This document shows, piece by piece, positions 55,587 to 64,000 of a stretch of 64,000 nt of DNA. The first letter of the stretch is position 1, and every line of letters begins with the position of its first letter. The notes beneath the pieces were generated by a model, which did not search any database, had not been told where the DNA came from, and worked only from the letters and a program-made list of their open reading frames with translations. Origin of the DNA: Ruminococcus sp. (GTDB lineage: Bacteria > Bacillota > Clostridia > Oscillospirales > Ruminococcaceae); NCBI GenBank assembly GCA_015066705.1, contig SVNV01000007.1:7573-71572 (forward strand). Direction: 5' to 3'. A program made the position numbers and the translations under genes.

Positions 55587-57770
55587 ATGAATAATAACAA
55601 TACCGTCTATACTATTGACGCTCTTATTCAGAAGATAATTGATAGCGAAAAACAGTATGACCTCAGTAAAATCGTGCTTGCCTACGAAAAGGCTGAAAAA
55701 TGTCATCACGACCAGAAGAGAGAATCAGGTGAGCCGTATATTTCTCACCCTGTTTCTGTTGCGTTCATTCTTCTTGAACTTGGAATGGATACAGATGCTC
55801 TCTGTGCGGCACTACTCCACGACGTAGTAGAGGATACTGAATGTACAATTTCTGAAATCACTAAAGAATTCGGAAATGACGTTGCTATGCTGGTAAACGG
55901 TGTTACAAAGCTTAAAAATATCCCTACTGTTTCAAAGGAAGAACAGAAGGCGGAGAATATAAGAAAAATTATTCTCGCTATGGCAGAGGATATAAGAGTT
56001 ATTATTATCAAGCTTTGCGACAGACTTCATAATATGCGTACAATAGGCTTTTGTAGTGATGCTAAAAAGCGTAATGTTTCTCTTGAAACTATGAATATCT
56101 ATGCTCCTATTGCCCATAGACTTGGAATCAGCTCAATTAAAGAAGAGCTTGAAGACCTTTCATTCAAAAACCTTGACCCTTATGCTTATGATGAAATCGA
56201 ACAGCAGATGAATATGCGTAAGGATGCAAGAGAAAAGTTTGTAGAAAGTATTAAGAAAAAAATACGTTTAAGACTTTCTGAGGACTTTGAAACCCTTCCG
56301 CTGGTTGAAGGACGAGTAAAGAGTACCTACGGAATTTATAAAAAGGTTTATTGCGACGGTAAGGAAATTGACCAGATATATGATAGATATGCAGTAAGAG
56401 TAATCGTTAATACTGTTACCGAATGCTATAATGTTCTTGGAATTATCCACGATATGTTCAGACCTATTCCGAATAGATTCAAGGACTATATTTCTACCCC
56501 TAAGGCAAATATGTATCAGTCGCTTCATACTACCGTTATCGGTAGAGAGGGACTTCCTTTTGAGGTGCAAATCAGAACATGGGAAATGCACCAGACCGCT
56601 GAATACGGTATCGCTGCCCACTGGAAGTATAAAGAAGGTATCAAAGGCAGAGATAAGGAAGATAACAGACTTGCGTGGATTAGACATATTATTGAAGCCC
56701 AGCTTGAATCTGACGACGCTGAGGAAATTGTAAGAACAATCAAGAGCGACCTTGCACCGGAAGATGTATTTGCATTTACACCAAAGGGCGATATGATTAC
56801 TCTTCCTGTGGGTTCAACTGTTATCGACTTTGCATACGCAATCCATACTCAGGTAGGGCATAAAATGTGCGGTGCTAAGGTCGATAAAAAGATGGTTTCT
56901 TATGACTATCAGATTAAAACAGGCGAAATTATCGAAATCCTTACAACCTCTGTTGCGGGTCACGGACCAAGCCGTTCTTGGCTTAATATCTGTAAAACAA
57001 GTGAAGCTAAATCTAAAATCCGTTCATGGTTCAAAAAAGAAAGACGTGAAGAAAATATCTTTGAGGGTAAAAACGAGCTTGAAAGAGAGTTCCGTAGAAA
57101 CCTTATCAGAGTGCCGGAAGAGGACCTTGAAAAATTCCTTGCGACCGATATGCGTAGACATAACTGCGATACCATTGATGACTTTTTTGCAGCTATCGGC
57201 TACGGTGGTATTGCACTTTCAAAAATTCTTCCAAGACTTAAAGATGAGTATACAAAGAAGTATATCAAGGATAAACAGGATAGCCAGCATACTGTAAAGC
57301 AGGTTAAAACCGAGTCGGGCGTTATCGTTGACGATGTAGGAAACTGTGCTGTTAAATTCTCACAGTGCTGTAATCCGCTTCCGGGTGATGATATTATCGG
57401 ATTTATTACCAGAGGACACGGTGTTTCAATTCATAAAACCGACTGCCCGAACTACCTTAATTCTTCAAGAAACCCTGATGACGCTGCAAGATGGATAGGC
57501 GTTCACTGGGCAGAAGAAATAAAGACAAACTACTTCAAGGTTACGGTTGATATTGTTGCACATAACAGAATCGGGCTTCTTGCGGATATTTCTACAACCC
57601 TCGCAGAAATCCGTATTCCGACAAATGAAATGTCATTCCGTGAACTTAAAAACGGTAATGCAAATGTTATGCTTACTATAAGTATAGCAGGCGTTGACCA
57701 ACTCAATGGCGTTATGAACCGCCTTAAAAAGATAAATTCGGTTATTTCAGTTGACCGAACAGGTAAGTAA
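55587..57770 (+). CDS. relA: Bifunctional (p)ppGpp synthetase/hydrolase (RelA/SpoT homologue)
   Basis: HD hydrolase motif (HDVVEDT), synthetase motifs (RVKSTYGIYKK, YQSLHT), and TGS and C-terminal ACT regions. Confidence 0.95.
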   Translation: MNNNNTVYTIDALIQKIIDSEKQYDLSKIVLAYEKAEKCHHDQKRESGEPYISHPVSVAFILLELGMDTDALCAALLHDVVEDTECTISEITKEFGNDVAMLVNGVTKLKNIPTVSKEEQKAENIRKIILAMAEDIRVIIIKLCDRLHNMRTIGFCSDAKKRNVSLETMNIYAPIAHRLGISSIKEELEDLSFKNLDPYAYDEIEQQMNMRKDAREKFVESIKKKIRLRLSEDFETLPLVEGRVKSTYGIYKKVYCDGKEIDQIYDRYAVRVIVNTVTECYNVLGIIHDMFRPIPNRFKDYISTPKANMYQSLHTTVIGREGLPFEVQIRTWEMHQTAEYGIAAHWKYKEGIKGRDKEDNRLAWIRHIIEAQLESDDAEEIVRTIKSDLAPEDVFAFTPKGDMITLPVGSTVIDFAYAIHTQVGHKMCGAKVDKKMVSYDYQIKTGEIIEILTTSVAGHGPSRSWLNICKTSEAKSKIRSWFKKERREENIFEGKNELEREFRRNLIRVPEEDLEKFLATDMRRHNCDTIDDFFAAIGYGGIALSKILPRLKDEYTKKYIKDKQDSQHTVKQVKTESGVIVDDVGNCAVKFSQCCNPLPGDDIIGFITRGHGVSIHKTDCPNYLNSSRNPDDAARWIGVHWAEEIKTNYFKVTVDIVAHNRIGLLADISTTLAEIRIPTNEMSFRELKNGNANVMLTISIAGVDQLNGVMNRLKKINSVISVDRTGK

Positions 57771-58402
57771 TGGAGATTGGTATGAAAGTTATTCCTATCG
57801 GACCTATAAGCGCTTTTGGAACAAAATGCTACCTTGTCATAAACGAAAAGAATAACGCGGTGCTTGTTGATGCACCTGATGAGGCAGAATATATTTTGAA
57901 TATTGCAAGGAAAAATAATTGTACTATCAAAAAAATTCTGCTGACTCACGGCCATTGTGACCATATTGGCGCAGCAGCACAGCTTCAGCGAATGACAGAC
58001 TGCGAGATTTATATTCACGAAAATGACGCTAAGAAGCTTTCAGATTCTATGGGTAATCTCTCTGCATTTTTCGGACTTATGACAGTGGAGAGAGTGTCTG
58101 ACTTTAAAACTGTAAAAGACGGAGATAAGATTATACTTGACGAGCTTGAGTTTGAGGTTATCCATACTCCGGGGCATACCTCGGGTAGCGTTTGTTATAC
58201 TGTAGAAGATACTATGTTTTCAGGGGATACGCTGTTTAATCTGTCAATAGGTAGAACAGATATGCCTGACGGCAGTATGTCAACCCTTTCCCAATCGCTG
58301 AAAAAACTGCGTGAAATAAATAAGAATTATATCGTCTATCCGGGTCATATGGATAAGACAACTCTCGATTTTGAAAGGGAAAATAACCCTTATCTCTATT
58401 AG
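57770..58402 (+). CDS. MBL-fold metallo-hydrolase (glyoxalase II-like)
   Basis: THGHCDHIG motif, plus HTPGHT and DTLF. An alternative start is ATG 57782. Confidence 0.85.
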   Translation: MEIGMKVIPIGPISAFGTKCYLVINEKNNAVLVDAPDEAEYILNIARKNNCTIKKILLTHGHCDHIGAAAQLQRMTDCEIYIHENDAKKLSDSMGNLSAFFGLMTVERVSDFKTVKDGDKIILDELEFEVIHTPGHTSGSVCYTVEDTMFSGDTLFNLSIGRTDMPDGSMSTLSQSLKKLREINKNYIVYPGHMDKTTLDFERENNPYLY

Positions 58403-58417
58403 AAACGGTGTTTTGTA

Positions 58418-59896
58418 ATGACTTTGATTTTTAACGGACAAGATTTCAAGTATGAAATAGAATCAGTAGTAAAGCTGTTTTTGCCTGTTGTGCATTTTGA
58501 TTTTCTGTATGAAAATTCTGCTGATAGTGTTATTGGTGATTATTGCCTCTGTGAAAGAGAAATTTCTGATAATACCGCTAAGCTTCATTCTGAATGTAGA
58601 CTTAACGGCGAAACAGCAAGCTTTTATAATGAAATTTCTGTTGATACTTTGAATTTTGACGGCGAGTGTGAAATTTCACTTTGCTCAATGCTCTTCAAGT
58701 GCCTTGAAAAGCTGACGGGTAAAAAAGTCGGCTGGGGAACACTTACAGGAGTACGTCCTGTGAAACGTGTAAATAAAATGATTTCTCAGGGTATGACTAA
58801 AAACCAAATCAAAGACGAGCTTAAAAACCGCTTTCTGCTTTCCGATGAGAAGTGTGAAATCGCATATAAAACTGCAAAAACCCAGCAGAATATCGTAAAT
58901 AGAATTGATGATAAGGCATTTGCACTTTATGTTTCAATTCCTTTTTGTCCATCAAGATGTTCGTATTGTTCTTTTGTTTCGCAGGAAGTAGAAAAATCTC
59001 TTGACCTTATACCAAAGTATGTTTATTGCCTTTGCCGTGAAATCGAAAAAACAGGCGAAATTGCCACTTCTCTCGGACTTAAACTGCAGTCTGTGTATTT
59101 CGGTGGCGGAACTCCTACCTCGCTTGAAGCTCCATATTTAAAGACTATTATGGAAGCAGTAAAGAATTCCTTTGATATGTCAGGCGTGCTCGAATATACA
59201 GTTGAGGCAGGCCGTGCTGATACAATTACAGAGGACAAGCTTCTCACAATTAAGGAAATGGGTGCTGACAGAGTTTCAATTAACCCACAGACGCTTAATA
59301 ACGACGTTTTAAAAGAAATCGGCAGAAAGCACACTGTTGAGGACTTTTTTGATAAGTATAACCTTGCAAGAAAAATCGGATTTAAAACTATAAATACCGA
59401 CCTTATAGCAGGACTTCCTACCGATACGACAGATAGCTTTAAAAATACAATAGACGGGATAGTTTCACTAAGCCCTGAAAATGTAACGGTGCATACGCTT
59501 TCTGTTAAGAGGACTTCAAATATAAACGTAAACGGTGAATATCAGGTGCTTGATAACCCTGCCTGCGAAATGGTAGACTACGCTACAAAAATACTTTCTG
59601 AAAGTGGTTATAATCCATATTATCTTTATAAGCAGAAGAATATGCTTGATAATCTTGAAAATATCGGCTGGTCCATACCAGGGCACGAAAGCCTGTATAA
59701 TGTTTATATTATGGAGGAAATCCAGACGATTTTAGCTGTGGGGGCAGGGGCTTCAACAAAGCTTGTTGATAATAAAAATTCACGCCTTGAAAGAATTTTT
59801 AATTATAAGCTCCCACTTGAATATATCAAGAATTTTGACTTGATGCTCGAAAAGAAAGACGATATAGAAAGGTTTTATAATTTTGAAAAAGAATGA
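58418..59896 (+). CDS. HemN/HemZ-like oxygen-independent coproporphyrinogen-III-oxidase-family radical SAM protein
   Basis: Radical SAM cluster motif CPSRCSYCSF, GGGTP, and an N-terminal extension typical of HemZ-like proteins. Confidence 0.8.
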   Translation: MTLIFNGQDFKYEIESVVKLFLPVVHFDFLYENSADSVIGDYCLCEREISDNTAKLHSECRLNGETASFYNEISVDTLNFDGECEISLCSMLFKCLEKLTGKKVGWGTLTGVRPVKRVNKMISQGMTKNQIKDELKNRFLLSDEKCEIAYKTAKTQQNIVNRIDDKAFALYVSIPFCPSRCSYCSFVSQEVEKSLDLIPKYVYCLCREIEKTGEIATSLGLKLQSVYFGGGTPTSLEAPYLKTIMEAVKNSFDMSGVLEYTVEAGRADTITEDKLLTIKEMGADRVSINPQTLNNDVLKEIGRKHTVEDFFDKYNLARKIGFKTINTDLIAGLPTDTTDSFKNTIDGIVSLSPENVTVHTLSVKRTSNINVNGEYQVLDNPACEMVDYATKILSESGYNPYYLYKQKNMLDNLENIGWSIPGHESLYNVYIMEEIQTILAVGAGASTKLVDNKNSRLERIFNYKLPLEYIKNFDLMLEKKDDIERFYNFEKE

Positions 59897-61226
59897 AATC
59901 TGTGAAATTACCATAACAGGCGTTACCAATGAGGGTAACGGTGTCGGCAGATATGAGAATATGGCTGTGTTTGTACCCTTTACTGCTGTTGGTGATATTA
60001 TTGAATGTAAAATAGTTAAGGTTAAAAAAAGCTATGCCTATGGTATTGTAAATAAGATACTTAAACCGTCAGATAAACGCTGTGAAAGTAATTGCGACGT
60101 GTTTAAGAAATGCGGTGGCTGTGCTTTCTGTCACTTTGATTATGAAGAAGAATTAAGAGTGAAGCAGGATTTTGTCAAGGCTTCCTTTGAAAGAATAGGA
60201 AAGCTTCAGGTAGATTGGGAAGAAATTCTTGGTGCTGAAAAGCTGACAGGTTATAGAAATAAAGCTATGTATCCCGTGGGCACAAACGAAAAAGGCGAGC
60301 TTGTCTGTGGATTTTATTCAAGACGCTCACACAGAGTTGTGGAATACCTTGATTGTAATCTTCAGCCTGCTGTTTTCAAGAAAATACTTGAAAGAATTCT
60401 GTTCTGGTGTAATGAAAATAAAATCACAGCCTATGACGAAATCACTCGGAAAGGACTTCTCAGACATATCTACCTGAGAAAAGGAGAGTATAGCGGTGAA
60501 ATAATGGTTTGCCTCGTTGTGACAGAAACGACTTGCGATTTTTCACAGCTTGTGAAACTTCTGGCTGAGGAGTTTTCAGATGTTAAAAACGTAGTGCTTA
60601 ACCTTAATAAAGAGAATACAAATGTAATTCTCGGTAATGAATTTAAAACTATATACGGTGAGGATTTCATCACTGATAATATGTGCGGTAAGACCTTCAG
60701 GATTTCGCCACTTTCTTTCTATCAGGTAAATACAAAACAAGCAGAAAAACTCTATGAAATTGCCAAAGACTATGCCGACCTTAAGGAAGACGAAAGCCTT
60801 CTTGACCTTTATTGTGGCGTAGGTACAATCGGACTGAGCGTATGCGGTAATAATAAACTTGTGGGTGTTGAAATTATCCCTCAGGCTATTGAAAATGCAA
60901 AAACCAACGCAAAACTCAATAATAAGGAAAATGCTGAATTTATCTGTGGCGACGCAGGTGAAATTGCAGATATGCTCCTGAAAAGAGGGGAAAGCCCCGA
61001 TGTAATAATTGCTGACCCTGCGAGAAAGGGCTGCGATAATCTCAGTCTTGAAAGTATGGTCAGAATGTCGCCTGAGAGAATAGTTATGATATCCTGTAAT
61101 CACGCAACAGCAGCACGTGACTGTGCTTATCTGTGTGAAAATGGCTATAAGATAATAAAGGGAAGAGCAGTAGACCTTTTCCCGAGGACAACCCATGTTG
61201 AATGCGTGGTGCTGCTTGAAAAATAA
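59883..61226 (+). CDS. rlmD: 23S rRNA (uracil-C5)-methyltransferase, RumA/RlmD family
   Basis: N-terminal TRAM domain, Fe-S Cys cluster (CGGCAFCH), SAM motif (LDLYCGVGTIG), and DPARKG with a catalytic Cys near the C-terminus. TTG start. Confidence 0.88.
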   Translation: MKKNEICEITITGVTNEGNGVGRYENMAVFVPFTAVGDIIECKIVKVKKSYAYGIVNKILKPSDKRCESNCDVFKKCGGCAFCHFDYEEELRVKQDFVKASFERIGKLQVDWEEILGAEKLTGYRNKAMYPVGTNEKGELVCGFYSRRSHRVVEYLDCNLQPAVFKKILERILFWCNENKITAYDEITRKGLLRHIYLRKGEYSGEIMVCLVVTETTCDFSQLVKLLAEEFSDVKNVVLNLNKENTNVILGNEFKTIYGEDFITDNMCGKTFRISPLSFYQVNTKQAEKLYEIAKDYADLKEDESLLDLYCGVGTIGLSVCGNNKLVGVEIIPQAIENAKTNAKLNNKENAEFICGDAGEIADMLLKRGESPDVIIADPARKGCDNLSLESMVRMSPERIVMISCNHATAARDCAYLCENGYKIIKGRAVDLFPRTTHVECVVLLEK

Positions 61227-61242
61227 TATAAAGAGGATTTTT

Positions 61243-62457
61243 ATGATTAAAATTATTGGAATCTTTGTTTTCTGGTATCCTGCGATAATGTCGCTGGCGT
61301 GGATTGTAGGCGGAGTGATTTTTTATCTTTCAAACGAAAGAAAAAAAACTCTCCCTCTTAATGAAACACCAATGGTTTCTGTACTTGTTCCGTGCTATAA
61401 CGAGGAAAATACTATCGCTGATACCGTAGAACAGCTTTCTAAAATTGAATATCCAAGCTATGAGATAATTGTAATCAATGACGGAAGTAGTGATAATACT
61501 TCAGAAGTTGTCAAGGGCCTGCTTGAAAAGTATGATAAACTTAGATTTATCGACCTTAAGGATAATAAGGGTAAGGCAAATGCGCTTTATCTAGGTCTTA
61601 TTGCGTCCAAAGGCGAAATTCTTATGGGAGTTGACTCTGACTCATATATTATGCCTGATGCTTTGAATTATATCGTTCCTCATTTTACTAATCCTAATAA
61701 CGGCGAAAGAGTAGGCGCTGTTACCGGAAATCCAAGAGTGAGAAACCGTAGCTCATTGCTTGCAAAGCTTCAGCTCTGTGAGTATTCCACAATAATCAGC
61801 CTTATTAAACGTACCCAGAGAATATGGGGAAAGGTTATGACTGTTTCAGGCGTGTGCGTGGCATTCAGAAAAAGAGCGCTCCTCGACTGTAAACTGTGGG
61901 ACAGAGATATGATTACCGAGGATATCGGTGTTACATGGAAGCTTGAAAAGCATTTCTGGGACGTAAGATATGAACCTAAAGCTCTGTCTATGATGCTTGT
62001 TCCGGAAACTATAAAGGGGATTTATAAACAGAGAAAACGCTGGGCACAGGGCGGAATGGAGATTTTAAGACGTCATAAGGGAATCTTTACAAGCTGGAAA
62101 ACAAGACGAATGACTCCTGTTTATATGGAGCAGATTTTGTCTATTATCTGGGCAATCTGCTGGATATTTACAACGGTGTTTTCAGTATTTGATATAGTGG
62201 CTGGAAAGGGCTTTTTCTGGCAGAATTTTATGGTAAGAAATATGTTTCTCACATCAATCTGCCTTGTTCAGTTTGCTCTTGGAATGAGCCTTGACAGAAA
62301 ATATGATAAAAATCTTTTCAGAAATGTTTTTATAGTTGTTTGGTACCCGTTTTTGTACTGGCATCTTAATGCTTTTGTAACTCTTGTTTCAATTCCGTCA
62401 CTTTTCAAAAGCAGAAAGAAAACAGCTACATGGGATAGTCCTGATAGGGGGTTGTAA
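61243..62457 (+). CDS. pgaC: Poly-beta-1,6-N-acetylglucosamine synthase-like GT2 glycosyltransferase (PgaC/IcaA-like)
   Basis: Track ORF 61195..62457; the ATG at 61243 has an AAGAGGA RBS. Motifs VPCYNEE, NDGSSDNT, VDSDS and QRKRWAQG (QxxRW), with flanking TM helices. Confidence 0.85.
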   Translation: MIKIIGIFVFWYPAIMSLAWIVGGVIFYLSNERKKTLPLNETPMVSVLVPCYNEENTIADTVEQLSKIEYPSYEIIVINDGSSDNTSEVVKGLLEKYDKLRFIDLKDNKGKANALYLGLIASKGEILMGVDSDSYIMPDALNYIVPHFTNPNNGERVGAVTGNPRVRNRSSLLAKLQLCEYSTIISLIKRTQRIWGKVMTVSGVCVAFRKRALLDCKLWDRDMITEDIGVTWKLEKHFWDVRYEPKALSMMLVPETIKGIYKQRKRWAQGGMEILRRHKGIFTSWKTRRMTPVYMEQILSIIWAICWIFTTVFSVFDIVAGKGFFWQNFMVRNMFLTSICLVQFALGMSLDRKYDKNLFRNVFIVVWYPFLYWHLNAFVTLVSIPSLFKSRKKTATWDSPDRGL

Positions 62458-62458
62458 T

Positions 62459-62989
62459 ATGAACGAAAATAAAAATATGCCCCTTAATCAGAAATCTGAA
62501 TATAACTTTGAAGAACATCTTATTTACGGCAGACAAAAGAGATGGAAAAAGATTATTGAATTGCTGTTCACAGTAATAGGCTGGCTGTTTATTGTTTCTT
62601 TTGTTGCCTATTATGTGTATGGAAATATTACACTTAAGTCGGGTAAAGAGCCTTTTGAATTCCTCTTTTTCAATAAGGGAATGTTAAAGGATTTGAATAA
62701 TTATTACTTTATTGCATTTGTAGCACTTCTGATTCTTACTGTTCTTCTTATTGTATGGAAAAACTATAATTATTATCGTTTCGGAAGACTTCGCAGAAGA
62801 AAGTTCAGACCTGCAGTCAATAATGACGAGATTTGTGAAATGTTTGAGCTTGATAAGACTTTTGTTGAAAAAATGCAGAATGACCGATATGTTCTTCTTG
62901 AAAATAATATAATTCCGGAGGATATGGGTATAATTATAAGTGATAAGGATAAAGAAAAGGAAAGCAAAAAAGAAATCGTAAAGGTGTAA
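62459..62989 (+). CDS. PgaD-like small membrane partner of the PNAG synthase
   Basis: The ATG at 62459 is 1 nt after the pgaC stop. Two TM helices and VWKNYNYYRFGRLRRRK, resembling E. coli PgaD VWALYNKLRF (from memory). Confidence 0.55.
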   Translation: MNENKNMPLNQKSEYNFEEHLIYGRQKRWKKIIELLFTVIGWLFIVSFVAYYVYGNITLKSGKEPFEFLFFNKGMLKDLNNYYFIAFVALLILTVLLIVWKNYNYYRFGRLRRRKFRPAVNNDEICEMFELDKTFVEKMQNDRYVLLENNIIPEDMGIIISDKDKEKESKKEIVKV

Positions 62990-63006
62990 ATCAGGCGGAG
63001 AAATCT

Positions 63007-63258
63007 ATGAAAAATACTAATAATGTTTACATAATCAGAATAGGTGAAGATAAAGGAGAAGAAAGCCGTTATCTCTATTCAAAAAGGGTTTGTGTTCATT
63101 TTCCTGAGTATGCAACAAAGTATTCATGCTGGGAAAGTGCATATCATGGCTATATAAACAGCGATTATTTTGCTGACGGTGAAGAAGCCACTTATCTGAT
63201 ATATAATAAATCAACAGGTGAAATCACCGAGGTTAAAAAGAGAAAAATACAAGCGTAA
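63007..63258 (+). CDS. Hypothetical small protein (83 aa)
   Basis: ORF with a GGCGGAGA RBS. No recognisable motif. Confidence 0.5.
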   Translation: MKNTNNVYIIRIGEDKGEESRYLYSKRVCVHFPEYATKYSCWESAYHGYINSDYFADGEEATYLIYNKSTGEITEVKKRKIQA

Positions 63259-63271
63259 TTAAGGAGGAAAA

Positions 63272-64000
63272 ATGAACGATAAGGATTTTGAACTTGAAGA
63301 TATAATTTCTGAGGTTATGGAAAAGAAGAAAAACGGTACGCTTTCACAGCAGGATTTTGATGAAAAAACTGAGGTGATTGAAAAGCCGACCTCTGAAACA
63401 GTAGAAAAAAAGCCTGAGGTTGTAGCTCCTGTTAAAATGCCGGAAAGCAAGCCACCAAGAAACCAGACTAAAAAGAAAACCAAAAAGAAAATGAAAAAAG
63501 GCGTTAAAATTGCATTGATAGTGTTGATAGTTTTTCTGTCAATAGTTATACTTCTTTCGGGAATTTTTGTTGCAATCGTTTTTCATTATATATATAAAAT
63601 TGATATAGTTCCACCTAAGGACGACTATGAAATAGTTGACACAATTCCTCCTGATGATGACGTAACAGACGAGCCTGATTCACCGCCTGAAATTATTGAT
63701 GAGGTTGAACAGGAAATTGAAGAAAACCTGAATAATGATGATACAAAGGTTTTGGATGATAAGGACGTATATAATGTGCTTCTTATCGGTACTGATTCAA
63801 GGGACAATAAATCAAGAGGCAGAAGTGACTCAATGATTCTTATGTCTATCAATAAGAAAACAGAAGAAATTCATATGACTTCCTTTATGCGTGACTCTTA
63901 TGTTTCGATTCCGGGGAAGAATAATAACAGAATCAATGCAGCCTATGCTTACGGCGGTGCTGAACTTCTTATGGATACCATTGAACAGAATTTCAAGATT
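63272..64000 (+). CDS. LytR-CpsA-Psr (LCP) family protein, 3'-truncated by the window end (absent from the ORF track because no stop is reached)
   Basis: AAGGAGG RBS and ATG at 63272. Cytoplasmic charged N-terminus, one TM (IALIVLIVFLSIVILLSGIFVAIVF), then the LCP signature NVLLIGTDSRDNKSRGRSDSMILMSINKK...MTSFMRDSYV.IPG...RINAAYAYGG. Confidence 0.85.
   Translation, partial: MNDKDFELEDIISEVMEKKKNGTLSQQDFDEKTEVIEKPTSETVEKKPEVVAPVKMPESKPPRNQTKKKTKKKMKKGVKIALIVLIVFLSIVILLSGIFVAIVFHYIYKIDIVPPKDDYEIVDTIPPDDDVTDEPDSPPEIIDEVEQEIEENLNNDDTKVLDDKDVYNVLLIGTDSRDNKSRGRSDSMILMSINKKTEEIHMTSFMRDSYVSIPGKNNNRINAAYAYGGAELLMDTIEQNFKI

Overview
The window looks like a low-GC Firmicutes (Clostridia, Ruminococcaceae/Oscillospiraceae-like) chromosomal segment; that assignment is inferred from spoVA genes, gene order and Thr-rich linkers. 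It is mostly housekeeping. Recognisable loci are cdaA-cdaR, mscL, an Mrp/ApbC ATPase, a VanY-type carboxypeptidase, a GH13 enzyme, an HD-GYP protein and rubredoxin plus a multidomain flavodiiron protein. Also present are coaX, spoVAD/AE, manA, glk, ilvD, pyrC-pyrF-pyrK-pyrD, ruvX, the str operon (rpsL-rpsG-fusA-tuf), tadA, SRP RNA-dnaX-ybaB-recR, SPFH/NfeD, recJ-relA, a HemN-like radical SAM enzyme, rlmD, a pgaCD-like PNAG synthase and a partial LCP gene. The most unusual part is 6.76-12.02 kb. A PqqD-family RRE, an S24/S26-type serine peptidase and an NTP_transf_5-type nucleotidyltransferase are transcribed divergently from an array. That array holds a secreted protein, two unannotated paralogous acidic small ORFs (42 and 45 aa), two paralogous Thr-rich lipoproteins and an HPr-kinase-like kinase. 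The small ORFs have a lasso-peptide-like leader (YxxPxL...T at -2). Their cores start with Ser and carry Asp/Glu at positions 7/8. No lasso cyclase, B2 cysteine protease or exporter is present in the window. I therefore read this as a cyclase-less, possibly new RRE-dependent peptide-modification system, or a lasso cluster whose core enzymes act in trans. Second, two inverted copies of a structured MITE-like element (about 240-305 bp, imperfect TIRs, apparent TA duplication) are each inserted in the loop of an intrinsic terminator hairpin, at 12.0 kb and 48.5 kb. One copy carries a 64-nt nested module. Third, three decaying tandem copies of the mscL 3' coding end plus terminator lie downstream of mscL. 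All functional calls come from motif recognition by eye; no database search was run.
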